NCBI GenBank assembly: GCA_963836435.1
Contig: CAWIJI010000006.1
Coordinates: 62,956 to 126,955, forward strand
Direction: 5' to 3'
From: an uncultured Acidobacteriota bacterium
GTDB taxonomy: Bacteria > Acidobacteriota > Terriglobia > 20CM-2-55-15
Length of the DNA stretch: 64,000 bases
This document shows positions 48,146 to 57,019 of this stretch, in pieces. Made by a program: the position numbers and the translations under genes. Within the stretch, counting starts at the first letter, position 1. Each line of letters opens with the position of its first letter. The notes beneath the pieces are model-generated. The model was not told the origin of the DNA and did no database searches. It saw only the letters and a program-made list of their open reading frames with translations.

Positions 48146-49416
48146 CGGAAAAAATGATCGGGAAAATCGGTCGTGTCCGGTGGGGCATCTGCGCTCTGCT
48201 GTTCTTCGCCACGACGATTAACTATGTGGATCGCTCGGTCCTCGGCATTCTTGCGCCAACCCTGCGGACGGAGATTGGATGGACCGATGGGCAGTACGGC
48301 GAGATCAGTGCGGCGTTCACGCTCGCCTATGCCATCGGTTTCCTGTTTGCAGGCTGGTTCATTGATCGGTTCGGAACCCGTATCGGCTACGCCTTGTACC
48401 TGATCGTTTGGTCGCTGGCAGCCGCAGGTCATGCCCTGGTCGCAACGGCATTCGGTTTCGGCGCTGCGCGGTTCGCCCTGGGTCTCGGCGAGTCGGGCAA
48501 CTTCCCTGCCGCAATCAAGACCGTCGCAGAATGGTTCCCGCGCCGGGAGAGGGCCTTTGCAACCGGTATCTTCAATGCCGGATCGAACGTCGGGGCCGTC
48601 GTAGCCCCACTGGTCGTGCCCTGGCTGACCCTCTATTGGAGCTGGCGGGCTTCCTTCGCGATCACCGGCCTGATCGGACTCGTGTGGGTGCTGTTCTGGT
48701 GGCCCCTTTACCGCAAACCCGCAGAACATCCGAACCTCAGCCGTGAGGAACTGAAGTACATTGAGAGCGACCCGCCTGAACCGGCCATCGTGGTTTCCTG
48801 GCTTGAATTGCTGCAGCACCGCCAGGCCTGGGCCTTCGCCGTGGGCAAGTTCCTGACCGACTCGGTGTGGTGGTTCTACCTGTTCTGGTTTCCCCTGTTC
48901 ATGGCCGACACCTTCGGATTCGATTTGAGGAACATCGGCTTGCCGCTGATCACCGTCTACCTGCTCGCCGATGTGGGCTCGGTTGCCGGGGGGTGGCTGA
49001 GTTCAAATCTCCTGAAGCGAGGCTGGACGCCCAACGCCGCACGCAAGACCGCGATGCTCGTATGTGCGGTATTGATCCTCCCGGTCGCGATGGCGCCTCG
49101 AGTCCTGAATCCATGGATTGCGGTCTGGCTTGTGGGAATCGCAGCGGCAGCCCACCAGGGTTTCTCCGCCAACATCTTCACGATCACCTCCGACATGTTC
49201 CCGAAAAATGCCATCGGGTCCGTGGTCGGCTTTGGCGGTTTCGCAGGCGCGATCGGAGGATTCCTCATGAATCTGGGCGCCGGCTGGTTTCGAGAGAATC
49301 AGGGAAGTTACGTCACCATGTTTGCGATCGCCGGAGCGGCCTACCTGGTGGCCCTGGCAGCGATTCACATACTTGCACCGCGCCTCGCCCCCGTACGCCT
49401 GCGTGCCGCATCTTGA
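48142..49416 (+). CDS. MFS transporter (hexuronate/sugar-acid type)
   Basis: 12 TM helices with an ACS-family-like N-terminus (...INYVDRSVLGILAPTLRTEIGWTDGQYGEISAAFTLAYAIGFLFAGWFIDRFGTR...). ATGA overlap with fucD. Confidence 0.8.
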   Translation: MTEKMIGKIGRVRWGICALLFFATTINYVDRSVLGILAPTLRTEIGWTDGQYGEISAAFTLAYAIGFLFAGWFIDRFGTRIGYALYLIVWSLAAAGHALVATAFGFGAARFALGLGESGNFPAAIKTVAEWFPRRERAFATGIFNAGSNVGAVVAPLVVPWLTLYWSWRASFAITGLIGLVWVLFWWPLYRKPAEHPNLSREELKYIESDPPEPAIVVSWLELLQHRQAWAFAVGKFLTDSVWWFYLFWFPLFMADTFGFDLRNIGLPLITVYLLADVGSVAGGWLSSNLLKRGWTPNAARKTAMLVCAVLILPVAMAPRVLNPWIAVWLVGIAAAAHQGFSANIFTITSDMFPKNAIGSVVGFGGFAGAIGGFLMNLGAGWFRENQGSYVTMFAIAGAAYLVALAAIHILAPRLAPVRLRAAS

Positions 49417-49429
49417 TTAAAGCGGGCAG

Positions 49430-50134
49430 TCACTTTGGGGGCGCTGCCACCTTTTTCTGCGCCGCGATGACGGCGGTCATGTTTGCAGATTCGACCTGGT
49501 TCCTCTCCACGCGGAAAGTGCTGCAACCAGAGCCAAGGACTGTGCCGGTCAGGGTGTTGGAATCAAACACTCCATCCAACCCCACCATGCTGAAATTCGC
49601 GGGATGTTCGGTCTCCCATCGCACGGGCACCAGAGAGAATTTCTCCGTCTGAGGAACGAACTGGCCGTGAAGGCTGTAGGTGTATCCCTGCTTCCCGGTG
49701 CCCGCCGGAAGATAAAAAGTGAAGAGCGCGGAAATCTGGGTACCGGTCACCACGAGCGAGAGCTTCAGATCTGTGCTCCCTTGTCCGCAGTTGTACGTGC
49801 CATTGAATACGCCGTTCAGCGCTGCTGCGCTCTGTTGCGCACCTGCCTCGGGAACAAAGGCAAACACCATCCACAGCGCGAGAAGAAACCCGGAAGGTCC
49901 AGGTTGGAGATTTGAGAGCAACTTAGTTAGACGGGGCTCTGCCCCGGTCCCCGGCTCGGGCGCTTGCGCGGCCACGCCAGCGGCGCCTGGGGAGGATCGC
50001 TCACGCCAGGGGGCGTCGAAGACTTCATTTGCCGAGAAGTTCCGGCTTCGAGCCAAAGCCTGTGCGCGCTCCCTTGTTATCGCGCTCCAGGACGCGATCC
50101 GTGCTCGCGATGGAGAAACCTGTTTCATAGACAA
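49430..50134 (-). CDS. hypothetical secreted protein (true start probably internal, about 49900)
   Basis: The signal-peptide-like FLLALWMVFAFVPEAGAQQ precedes a Gly/Thr/Asn-rich beta-type domain. The upstream 90 aa of the ORF-track call look non-coding. Confidence 0.3.
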   Translation of the reverse strand: MSMKQVSPSRARIASWSAITRERAQALARSRNFSANEVFDAPWRERSSPGAAGVAAQAPEPGTGAEPRLTKLLSNLQPGPSGFLLALWMVFAFVPEAGAQQSAAALNGVFNGTYNCGQGSTDLKLSLVVTGTQISALFTFYLPAGTGKQGYTYSLHGQFVPQTEKFSLVPVRWETEHPANFSMVGLDGVFDSNTLTGTVLGSGCSTFRVERNQVESANMTAVIAAQKKVAAPPK

Positions 50135-51998
50135 GCTGGGCGATCCGGGTCATCTTCGGGAACTTGATCTTGTCCACCGTGTCGGTGATGCGGTGATAGT
50201 CCGGATGCAAGCCGGTGGTGAAGAACGCAATGGGAATGCCTTTCGACGCATAGCTGTAATGATCGCTGCGCGTGTAGACGCCTTCCGGGTCATTGACGTC
50301 GTTCAATTCATAGTCCAGGGTCAGCGGTTCCGCAAGCATGGCATTTTGCTCGATGATGAGGTTGTGAAGATCCGTGCTGATTCTGTCGGCGCCGACGAGA
50401 AAGAGCGTATTACTGAAGTCGCCTTCGATATCGTCGCAGTCATCGCGGCCGACCATGTCCATGTTGAGTTGCACCTGAACTTTGTCGAGCGGCACAATCG
50501 GGAAATCGGCATTGTAGCGCGAGCCGTAGAGACCGGCCTCTTCGCCCGCGTGCCACACAAACACGACCGATCTCCTGGGTTTCGGCCCCAACGCGAAAGC
50601 CTTGGCGACCCCAAGCAGCGCTGTGCTTCCGGAACCATCGTCATCTGCGCCGTTGCTGATGAGGTCGCGTTCGTCGATCGGCCCGGTCGGGACGGCTCCC
50701 CGCCCACCAGGCGGTGTTCCGCGCGTGGGTCGCTGAACCACTTTGCCTGCAGCGACGATTGCGGCTTGCGCTGCAGGGCTGCGCCGCCGGCATGCATCCG
50801 TGGATCCTCCGCGTCCGGTTCCGGTCGTGCTGTACCCCACATGATCGAGGTGGGCGCCCAACAGCACATAGGTATCTTTCAGCATCGGATCGCTGCCCTC
50901 GATCATTCCGACCACGTTGTGCGTGATCTGTTCTGAAGCGACTTCATATGTGTTATCGATGTTGACCGTGACCTTCGCGGGAATCGACATCGGCGGCACC
51001 GCCTCTCCTCTGTCGACCTTGTCGCGAATCGCCTCAAAAGTGGTGCCGCTTCCGGCAAACAAGGCCTCATAGAAGGTTTCGTCTCCGGAAAACTGCGGGC
51101 TGACCTTCGCCCCGATGTTCTGAACGGTGGTGAAAGTGGGGAGTTGGGGACCGCCACGTCCTGCTGCCGGGGCGCCCCCTCTGCCACGGTTGTTCCCGCC
51201 GCGGGCATTGTTCCCGTTGTTTCCCCGCAGAGCAGCCTGCGCCTGTGTGACCGCCTGCGTCGCCTCAGTCAAAGCGGTTTGCGCCTGAGCCAATGCCCGT
51301 TCCGCCGTTGTCGGAGGCGCCGGTGCCGCAACGAAGGCAATGATGGTCTGGGCTCCCGCCGAAAGAATGGACGCCGGAGTCCCTCGCGCCGGCGCAGGCG
51401 CTGCCTCCGCTGCAGGCGCTCCCCGCCCGCCGCCTCCCCCGCGCGCGGGCGCCCGGGGTGGAACGGTAAGTACCAGCTTGCCCTTCAGATCGCGCCCCTG
51501 AATATCGGAATCCAGCGCGTATCCCAAAAATTCAACGCTGTCGAACGTCAATGTCTGCCGGGCGCCAGCATTCGAGGCAAAGGTAACGTGATCCCCATGC
51601 TTGAAAGTCTTCGTTTGCCCGTTGGTTTCAACCGTGACGGAGGAATTGATTGTCGAACGGTAAGTCTTCACCTGTACAGGCTGAAAATAGGTTCCTTCAG
51701 CACCGAGGGGTTTCACACCAAAGTCCTTCAGAAGGCCCGCGACGTATTGCGTTGCCCGGCCGTATCCCTCCGTGAAGACCTGCCGTCCCTGCATCTGGTC
51801 CGACGACAGATAGGTGAGCCATTCCATCAGATCCGATTCCTTCACCTCGGAATAGCGCACACCCGTGGCAGGTTCAACGGCGGTGGATGCCGGCGACGAC
51901 TGGGCCGCGAGCTTCAGGGATTGCGCCCCGATCACTGTCAGAATTCCCACAATCAGCGCCAGACAGGCTATGGACCGTCGCGAAAATGCCATCTTCAT
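50025..51998 (-). CDS. M28-family metallopeptidase (aminopeptidase) with PA-like domain and Gly/Arg-rich inserts
   Basis: Signal peptide MKMAFSRRSIACLALIVGILTVIGAQS. M28 metal-binding blocks (LLGAHLDHVG, GADDDGSGSTALLGVAKAF, VWHAGEEAGLYGSRYNA). Low-complexity inserts PPRAPARGGGGGRGAPAAEAAPAPARG and NNARGGNNRGRGGAPAAGRGGPQ. Confidence 0.75.
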   Translation of the reverse strand: MKMAFSRRSIACLALIVGILTVIGAQSLKLAAQSSPASTAVEPATGVRYSEVKESDLMEWLTYLSSDQMQGRQVFTEGYGRATQYVAGLLKDFGVKPLGAEGTYFQPVQVKTYRSTINSSVTVETNGQTKTFKHGDHVTFASNAGARQTLTFDSVEFLGYALDSDIQGRDLKGKLVLTVPPRAPARGGGGGRGAPAAEAAPAPARGTPASILSAGAQTIIAFVAAPAPPTTAERALAQAQTALTEATQAVTQAQAALRGNNGNNARGGNNRGRGGAPAAGRGGPQLPTFTTVQNIGAKVSPQFSGDETFYEALFAGSGTTFEAIRDKVDRGEAVPPMSIPAKVTVNIDNTYEVASEQITHNVVGMIEGSDPMLKDTYVLLGAHLDHVGYSTTGTGRGGSTDACRRRSPAAQAAIVAAGKVVQRPTRGTPPGGRGAVPTGPIDERDLISNGADDDGSGSTALLGVAKAFALGPKPRRSVVFVWHAGEEAGLYGSRYNADFPIVPLDKVQVQLNMDMVGRDDCDDIEGDFSNTLFLVGADRISTDLHNLIIEQNAMLAEPLTLDYELNDVNDPEGVYTRSDHYSYASKGIPIAFFTTGLHPDYHRITDTVDKIKFPKMTRIAQLVYETGFSIASTDRVLERDNKGARTGFGSKPELLGK

Positions 51999-52111
51999 TC
52001 CATCTCCCACAGATGAGGTTGATCCACGGAACAGAAATCCTACCCCAGTTGGCACGTGTATTCCACTTGCGAGAGGGATTTCGGTCTTATATAAAGTCCG
52101 CACGTGAAGCG

Positions 52112-53470
52112 ATGTCAAACGTCGATTTAACACGCCGCGCCTTTCTGAAAACGGCTGCCGCGCTGCCGTTGCTCCAACAGCGGCTCGTTCAGAAACGCCT
52201 TGCGGCTGCGGACCCCTGGGATGAGACGCGCACGATTCTGGGCCGGATTCAGGAACCTTCGTTTCCCGACCGCGACTTCGACGCCAAACGTCACGCCTCG
52301 CTTAACGAGGCCATTGCAGCATGCAACGCAGCCGGTGGCGGACGCGTGGTCGTCCCTGAGGGAAATTTCCCGACTGGTCCGATACGCCTCCGAAGCAGGG
52401 TCAATCTGCATCTGTCCGAAGGCGCGGTCCTGAAGTTTTCGACGGATCCCAAAGCCTACCTGCCCGTGGTTTTCACCCGCTATGAAGGCACCGATCTGAT
52501 GAACTACTCCCCGTTCGTCTACGCGCTCGACGAACAGGACATCGCCATCACCGGGCCTGGAACGCTCGACGGTCAGGCCGACGACGCCCATTGGTGGGAC
52601 TGGACACGGAATATGGGCGCATCGCGGCGGCGGCTGGTGGATTTTGGAGCGGACGGGACGCCGGTCGCCCGGCGTGTTTTTGGCGATGGCGCCTTCATGC
52701 GGCCCAATTTTATTCAGCCCTACCGCTGCCGGAACGTCTACATCGAAGGGATCACGGTCAGGAATTCTCCGATGTGGGAGATCCATCCGGTTCTGTGCAC
52801 CAACGTCATCGTCCGCGGCGTCACGATCGACAGCCACGGCCCCAACAACGATGGCTGCGACCCGGAATCCTGCCGCGATGTGTTGATCGAACGCTGCACC
52901 TTCGATACCGGCGATGACTGCATTGCGCTGAAATCAGGCCGCAACAACGACGGCCGCCGTGTTGGTGTCCCCATCGAAAATGTCATTGTCCGCGATTGCA
53001 CCATGAAGGACGGCCACGGCGGCTTAACGATTGGGAGCGAAATCTCCGGTGGCGCACGGAATATCTTCGCGGAGCGCTGCCGGATGGACAGCCCCAACTT
53101 GAACATCGCGCTGCGCCTGAAGACCAACTCGGTGCGCGGCGGCGTAATCGAACATGTGTTTATGCGAGACGTTACCATCGGACAGGTCAGCCAGGCCGTG
53201 GTGACCGTGGACTTCCTCTACGAGGAGGGAGACGCCGGAAAATTTCCGCCGGTGGTCCGCGACATTGAAGTGCGCAACGTCACGAGCCAGAGAAGCCGCA
53301 ACGCAGTTTCGCTCCGCGGCTACGCGCACACTCCGGTGACGAACGTACGGCTGCGCGACTGCAGGTTCGAAAACGTCGCTCAGCCGGATGTGCTGGAAAA
53401 CGTCAAGGATGTCGTGCTGACCAACGTCTCGGTGAATGGCATCGTCCGCAACGAGACGATCACGAAGTGA
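52112..53470 (+). CDS. glycoside hydrolase family 28 (polygalacturonase-like, right-handed beta-helix)
   Basis: Tat-like signal (MSNVDLTRRAFLKTAAALPLLQQ). GH28 catalytic blocks (NDGCDPESCRDVLIERCTFDTGDDCIALKSGR, GHGGLTIGSEISGG, RLKT). The start is taken at M76 of the ORF-track translation. Confidence 0.75.
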   Translation: MSNVDLTRRAFLKTAAALPLLQQRLVQKRLAAADPWDETRTILGRIQEPSFPDRDFDAKRHASLNEAIAACNAAGGGRVVVPEGNFPTGPIRLRSRVNLHLSEGAVLKFSTDPKAYLPVVFTRYEGTDLMNYSPFVYALDEQDIAITGPGTLDGQADDAHWWDWTRNMGASRRRLVDFGADGTPVARRVFGDGAFMRPNFIQPYRCRNVYIEGITVRNSPMWEIHPVLCTNVIVRGVTIDSHGPNNDGCDPESCRDVLIERCTFDTGDDCIALKSGRNNDGRRVGVPIENVIVRDCTMKDGHGGLTIGSEISGGARNIFAERCRMDSPNLNIALRLKTNSVRGGVIEHVFMRDVTIGQVSQAVVTVDFLYEEGDAGKFPPVVRDIEVRNVTSQRSRNAVSLRGYAHTPVTNVRLRDCRFENVAQPDVLENVKDVVLTNVSVNGIVRNETITK

Positions 53471-53546
53471 AACCGGTCGGCTTCGGCAGTCCCCTCCTCT
53501 GGAGACTGGGAGGACGGTGTCGTCACGATTCGGATGACGCTTCGTC

Positions 53547-54902
53547 ATGGATGCTCAAGGAGTTCCAGTGAAGATTGCAAAAACTCTGGTGATCGGCACA
53601 GTCCTGGTGGGTGCAGTGTCGGCATTGCTGGGGATCCCACAAGGCCCTGCTCCAGTCCCGCCGGCACTCTTGTTCGAGGGCGCCCGCCTGATTCCCGGCG
53701 ACGGCAGCCCCCCCGTGGAGAACTCCGCGTTCCTTGTCGAAGGCGATCGCTTTCGCCTTGTCGACAGGAAAGGAGGAATTCGCGCGACGGCCGGAGTTGT
53801 TCGAGTGAACCTCAGCGGCAAGACGGTCATGCCCGCCATCGTCGATCTACACACCCACCTTGGATACACGGTCGTTCGCACGAACCGCACGGAGAAGGAA
53901 ACCTACACGCGGAATAACCTCGAAGACCACCTGAAGCGGCTTGCCTATTACGGCGTCGCCGCGACACTGAGCATGGGTGTTGATCGCGGAGATATTCCCT
54001 TTCAAGTGCGCGCCAACCCACTTCCCGGCGCCGCCCTTTTTTTTACCGCCGGCCAGGGGATCGCGCTGCCCGCCATGGGGCCCGGGGCCGACTATCGCAA
54101 GGATGCGGCGCTGGGAGTGACAACGGAAGCGGAAGCACGAAAGGCTGTTCAGGAACTCGCCGCGAAGAAAGTCGATATCGTGAAGTTCTGGGTGGATGAC
54201 CGGAATGGAACAGTGCAGAAGCTGCCACCCCATCTCTATCGCGCCTTGATCGATGAAGCGCATAAGAACAACCTGCGCGCTGTCGCTCACATCTATTACC
54301 TCGAAGATGCAAAGGAATTGATGCGCGCCGGAGTCGATGGTTTCGCTCACGGCGTACGGGACAAGGATGTCGATGACGAATTCATGGAAATGCTGCGCCA
54401 GAGGAGGGTCTTTTTCACACCGAACCTTCCGGATCGACCGCTGACCTCTGCCGATCTGCCCCTGCTTGCCGAAAGCCTGCCTCCCGATCAGATGCAGCGG
54501 GTGCGCACCGAAATCGCAACCGGCAACCCCAACGCCAATGCCGACCTGTTCGCGATTCAGGCGCGCAATTTGAAGAAGATCAGCGACGCCCGCGTGGCAC
54601 AGATCGGTTTCGGCACGGATTCGGGAGTTTCGATTGGCTGGACCGTTCACGTGGAGATGGCCGACATGGTCGCCGCCGGCATGAGTCCGGATCAGGTGAT
54701 CACGGCCGCCACAAGGACTTCCGCGGATATCCTGAAGCAGCCTGCACTGGGAATGGTCGCCGCCGGACGCAGCGCGGACTTCATCGTCCTCGATGCAAAT
54801 CCCCTGGAGAACATTTTGAATACACGGAAAATCTCACGCGTTTATATCCGCGGCAAGGAAGTGGACCGCCAGGCCCTCAAAGCGGAGTTCACTCGAAAGT
54901 AG
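53547..54902 (+). CDS. amidohydrolase-family protein, secreted
   Basis: Signal peptide. Metal-binding HxH (PAIVDLHTHLGYT). Later ...AHIYYLEDAKELMRAGVDGFAHGVRD... and ...GTDSGVSIGWTVHVEMA... typical of the amidohydrolase superfamily. Confidence 0.7.
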   Translation: MDAQGVPVKIAKTLVIGTVLVGAVSALLGIPQGPAPVPPALLFEGARLIPGDGSPPVENSAFLVEGDRFRLVDRKGGIRATAGVVRVNLSGKTVMPAIVDLHTHLGYTVVRTNRTEKETYTRNNLEDHLKRLAYYGVAATLSMGVDRGDIPFQVRANPLPGAALFFTAGQGIALPAMGPGADYRKDAALGVTTEAEARKAVQELAAKKVDIVKFWVDDRNGTVQKLPPHLYRALIDEAHKNNLRAVAHIYYLEDAKELMRAGVDGFAHGVRDKDVDDEFMEMLRQRRVFFTPNLPDRPLTSADLPLLAESLPPDQMQRVRTEIATGNPNANADLFAIQARNLKKISDARVAQIGFGTDSGVSIGWTVHVEMADMVAAGMSPDQVITAATRTSADILKQPALGMVAAGRSADFIVLDANPLENILNTRKISRVYIRGKEVDRQALKAEFTRK

Positions 54903-54973
54903 ATCAGAAAAACAGCTACTCTTGCATCTTGGCGGATTCTTGAATAGATTCCCCGCAGACTTCGGAGGCGAAA

Positions 54974-55933
54974 ATGAAGATGTTGCTCAACGTGGTCGGC
55001 AGGATTGCCGTCCTCACCGCATTGTCACCGGTACTATTGGCGCAATGGGCGCCTTTCCCCACGCCAGGTGTTCCCAAATTGGCGAATGGAGAACCGGACC
55101 TGAACGCGCCTGCTCCGCGAACTGCCGACGGTAAACCGGATTTTTCCGGAATCTGGCAGAACGGGCGTGGTGGAGGAGGAGCTCCGCGGGGAGGAAACGC
55201 CGCGGCTCCCAATGGCCCCCGCGGGCAACGTGGCGCTGGCGGCCCCAATGGGCAACGCGGGCAGCGCGGTGCCGGACCGGCCGGGCCCAACGCGCAGCGC
55301 GGTACCGGACCGGCCGCAGCGCCGGCCGAGAGCGGCCCTCCCGCGGCAAGTTTCCCAAATGTCGGTCAGGGATTTCCAGGTGGCCAGCTTCCCTATCAAC
55401 CCTGGGCCGCGGAGCTGGTGGCGAAACGCAAGGCGGATAACAGCAAAGACAATCCGGACGCGCATTGCCTTCCCATGGGCTTCATGCAGTTCCATACGCA
55501 TCCGGAACCGCGGAAAATCCTCCAATTGCCCGGCGAGATTGTCATCATCTATGAAGCGAACAACGGGCTCCGGCAAATATTCACCGACGGGCGCTCCCTC
55601 CCAGGCAAGGATGCCGATCCGTGGTGGTATGGCTACTCGGTCGGAAAGTGGGAGGGCGATACCCTGGTCGTCGAAACCACCGGTTTCCTCGACAGAGAAC
55701 CCGGCTGGCTCGACGTTCAGGGCAGTCCCTTCACCGAGGAAGCGAAAGTGACGGAAAAGTTCCGGCGGCCCAACTTCGGTACGCTAGAAATCGAAGTCAC
55801 GGTGGACGACCCCAAGGCCTACACCAAACCATGGACCGTCAAGGTGACCCAGCGCATCATGCTCGACACCGAACTCATCGAATTCATCTGTGAAGACCGA
55901 GACGCCACGCACTACGTCGGCGCAGCCCAGTAA
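54974..55933 (+). CDS. hypothetical secreted protein with long Gly/Arg/Pro/Asn-rich insert
   Basis: Signal peptide MKMLLNVVGRIAVLTALSPVLLAQ. A roughly 90-aa low-complexity run (NGRGGGGAPRGGNAAAPNGPRGQRGAGGPNGQRGQRGAGPAGPNAQRG...). A folded C-terminal domain follows (...HCLPMGFMQFHTHPEPRKILQLPGEIVIIYE...WWYGYSVGKWEGDTLVVETTGF...). Confidence 0.45.
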   Translation: MKMLLNVVGRIAVLTALSPVLLAQWAPFPTPGVPKLANGEPDLNAPAPRTADGKPDFSGIWQNGRGGGGAPRGGNAAAPNGPRGQRGAGGPNGQRGQRGAGPAGPNAQRGTGPAAAPAESGPPAASFPNVGQGFPGGQLPYQPWAAELVAKRKADNSKDNPDAHCLPMGFMQFHTHPEPRKILQLPGEIVIIYEANNGLRQIFTDGRSLPGKDADPWWYGYSVGKWEGDTLVVETTGFLDREPGWLDVQGSPFTEEAKVTEKFRRPNFGTLEIEVTVDDPKAYTKPWTVKVTQRIMLDTELIEFICEDRDATHYVGAAQ

Positions 55934-55952
55934 CGGGATGAAAGGAGCAGTT

Positions 55953-56363
55953 ATGAGAGCAAGAGCCGTCGTTCTTATCGCAGCGGGAATGGCCATAGCT
56001 TGGTGCGCTGTGCCGGTCATGGCACACCATTCTTTCGCCGCTCAGTACGACCGCAACAAGCCGATCACCCTCGTTGGACCGGTGACAAAAGTCGACTGGA
56101 TCAATCCACACGCCCGAATCTTCATGGATGCGAAAGACGCCAGCGGCAACACCGCCAACTGGGAAATCGAACTGGCCGCGCCGGCGATGCTGATCCGGCG
56201 CGGCTGGTCGAAAAGTGCCGTAAAGGTTGGAGAGGTGGTGACCGTCAATGCCTCCCTCGCCAAGGACGGCTCCAGACTTGCCAACGCCAGTACCGTGACG
56301 CTGGCCAATGGGAAACGCGTTTTCGCAGGGTCCTCCGGCGACGACGGCAGTGCGACACCATGA
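55953..56363 (+). CDS. DUF6152-family secreted protein
   Basis: Signal peptide then HHSFAAQYDRNKPITLVGPVTKVDWINPHARIFMDAKDASGNTANWEIELAAPAMLIRRGWSK... (HHSF...W.NPH motif). It lies 20 nt downstream of the previous gene, so it is probably co-transcribed. Confidence 0.5.
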   Translation: MRARAVVLIAAGMAIAWCAVPVMAHHSFAAQYDRNKPITLVGPVTKVDWINPHARIFMDAKDASGNTANWEIELAAPAMLIRRGWSKSAVKVGEVVTVNASLAKDGSRLANASTVTLANGKRVFAGSSGDDGSATP

Positions 56364-56395
56364 AGACCGCCTGTACTGCAAGTGTTTCCTGACCT

Positions 56396-56436
56396 TTGTA
56401 TTCATAAATTATTGATTATTAAAATGTTAAAGTCAT
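56396..56436 (+). promoter_or_regulatory. AT-rich promoter-like leader upstream of the repeat array
   Basis: TTGTAT at 56396-56401, a 17-18 nt spacer, then TTAAAAT at 56419-56425. This sits in a roughly 60-bp stretch of about 25% GC inside a roughly 63% GC region. Confidence 0.3.
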
Positions 56437-56448
56437 TTTTAGAAGCGA

Positions 56449-56960
56449 ATGGGGGTGCGAGGAATCCCTGCACCCCTGCCGGGGTGCAAACCTCTCCGTT
56501 ACGGTAACCCCGGGTTGCGCTCGCTTCGCTCGCTTAACCCGGGGCTAAATTCTCAGCACGCCTCCGGCGTGCTCTGGAGTTTGGACCGAAGTTTAGACAT
56601 TTTCCACGCCGGAGGCGTGAAAGGAATTTAGCCCCGGTGGAGCGCAGCGACACCCGGGGTTCATCTCACCAGCGGCTTGCACCCCGGAGGGGACCCCTGC
56701 CGGGGTGCAACATTCCCGTTACGGTAACCGAAGTTTAGACATTTTCCACGCCGGAGGCGTGAAAGGAATTTAGCCCCGGGTGGAGCGCAGCGACACCCGG
56801 GGTTCATCTCACCAGCGGCTTGCACCCCGGCAGGGGTGCGAGGAATCCCTGCACCCCGGAGGGGACCCCTGCCGGGGTGCAACATTCCCGTTACGGTAAC
56901 CCCGGGTTGCGCCCGCTTCGCTCGCTTAACCCGGGGCTAAATTCTCAGCACGCTCCGGCG
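56449..56960. repeat. about 510-bp intergenic array of nested direct and inverted repeats (non-CRISPR)
   Basis: Unit S (ccgggttgcgc.cgcttcgctcgcttaacccggggctaaattctcagcacgc.tccggcgtg) occurs twice (56502.., 56901..). Unit T (gaagtttagacattttccacgccggaggcgtgaaaggaatttagccccgg.tggagcgcagcgacacccggggttcatctcaccagcggcttgcaccccgg) occurs twice in tandem (56581.., 56730..) and contains an inverted copy of S. Unit R (ccctgccggggtgcaa..t.cccgttacggtaacc) occurs three times. There are no unique spacers. Confidence 0.6.
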
Positions 56961-57019
56961 TGCGATCCGATCGATTGGCGCTGGTGGCGAATCCCCTCCC
57001 CCGATCCTCACCCGGGCCT

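Noticed and set aside
49719-50936. 405-aa plus-strand ORF opposite the M28 peptidase
   Set aside because: It looks antisense to a gene with clear M28 metal-binding blocks. The composition is Arg/Ala-rich and there are no motifs.
56449-56960. Possible CRISPR array
   Set aside because: The repeats are of several different unit types. They are partly inverted relative to each other and abut without unique spacers of regular length. There are no cas genes nearby.
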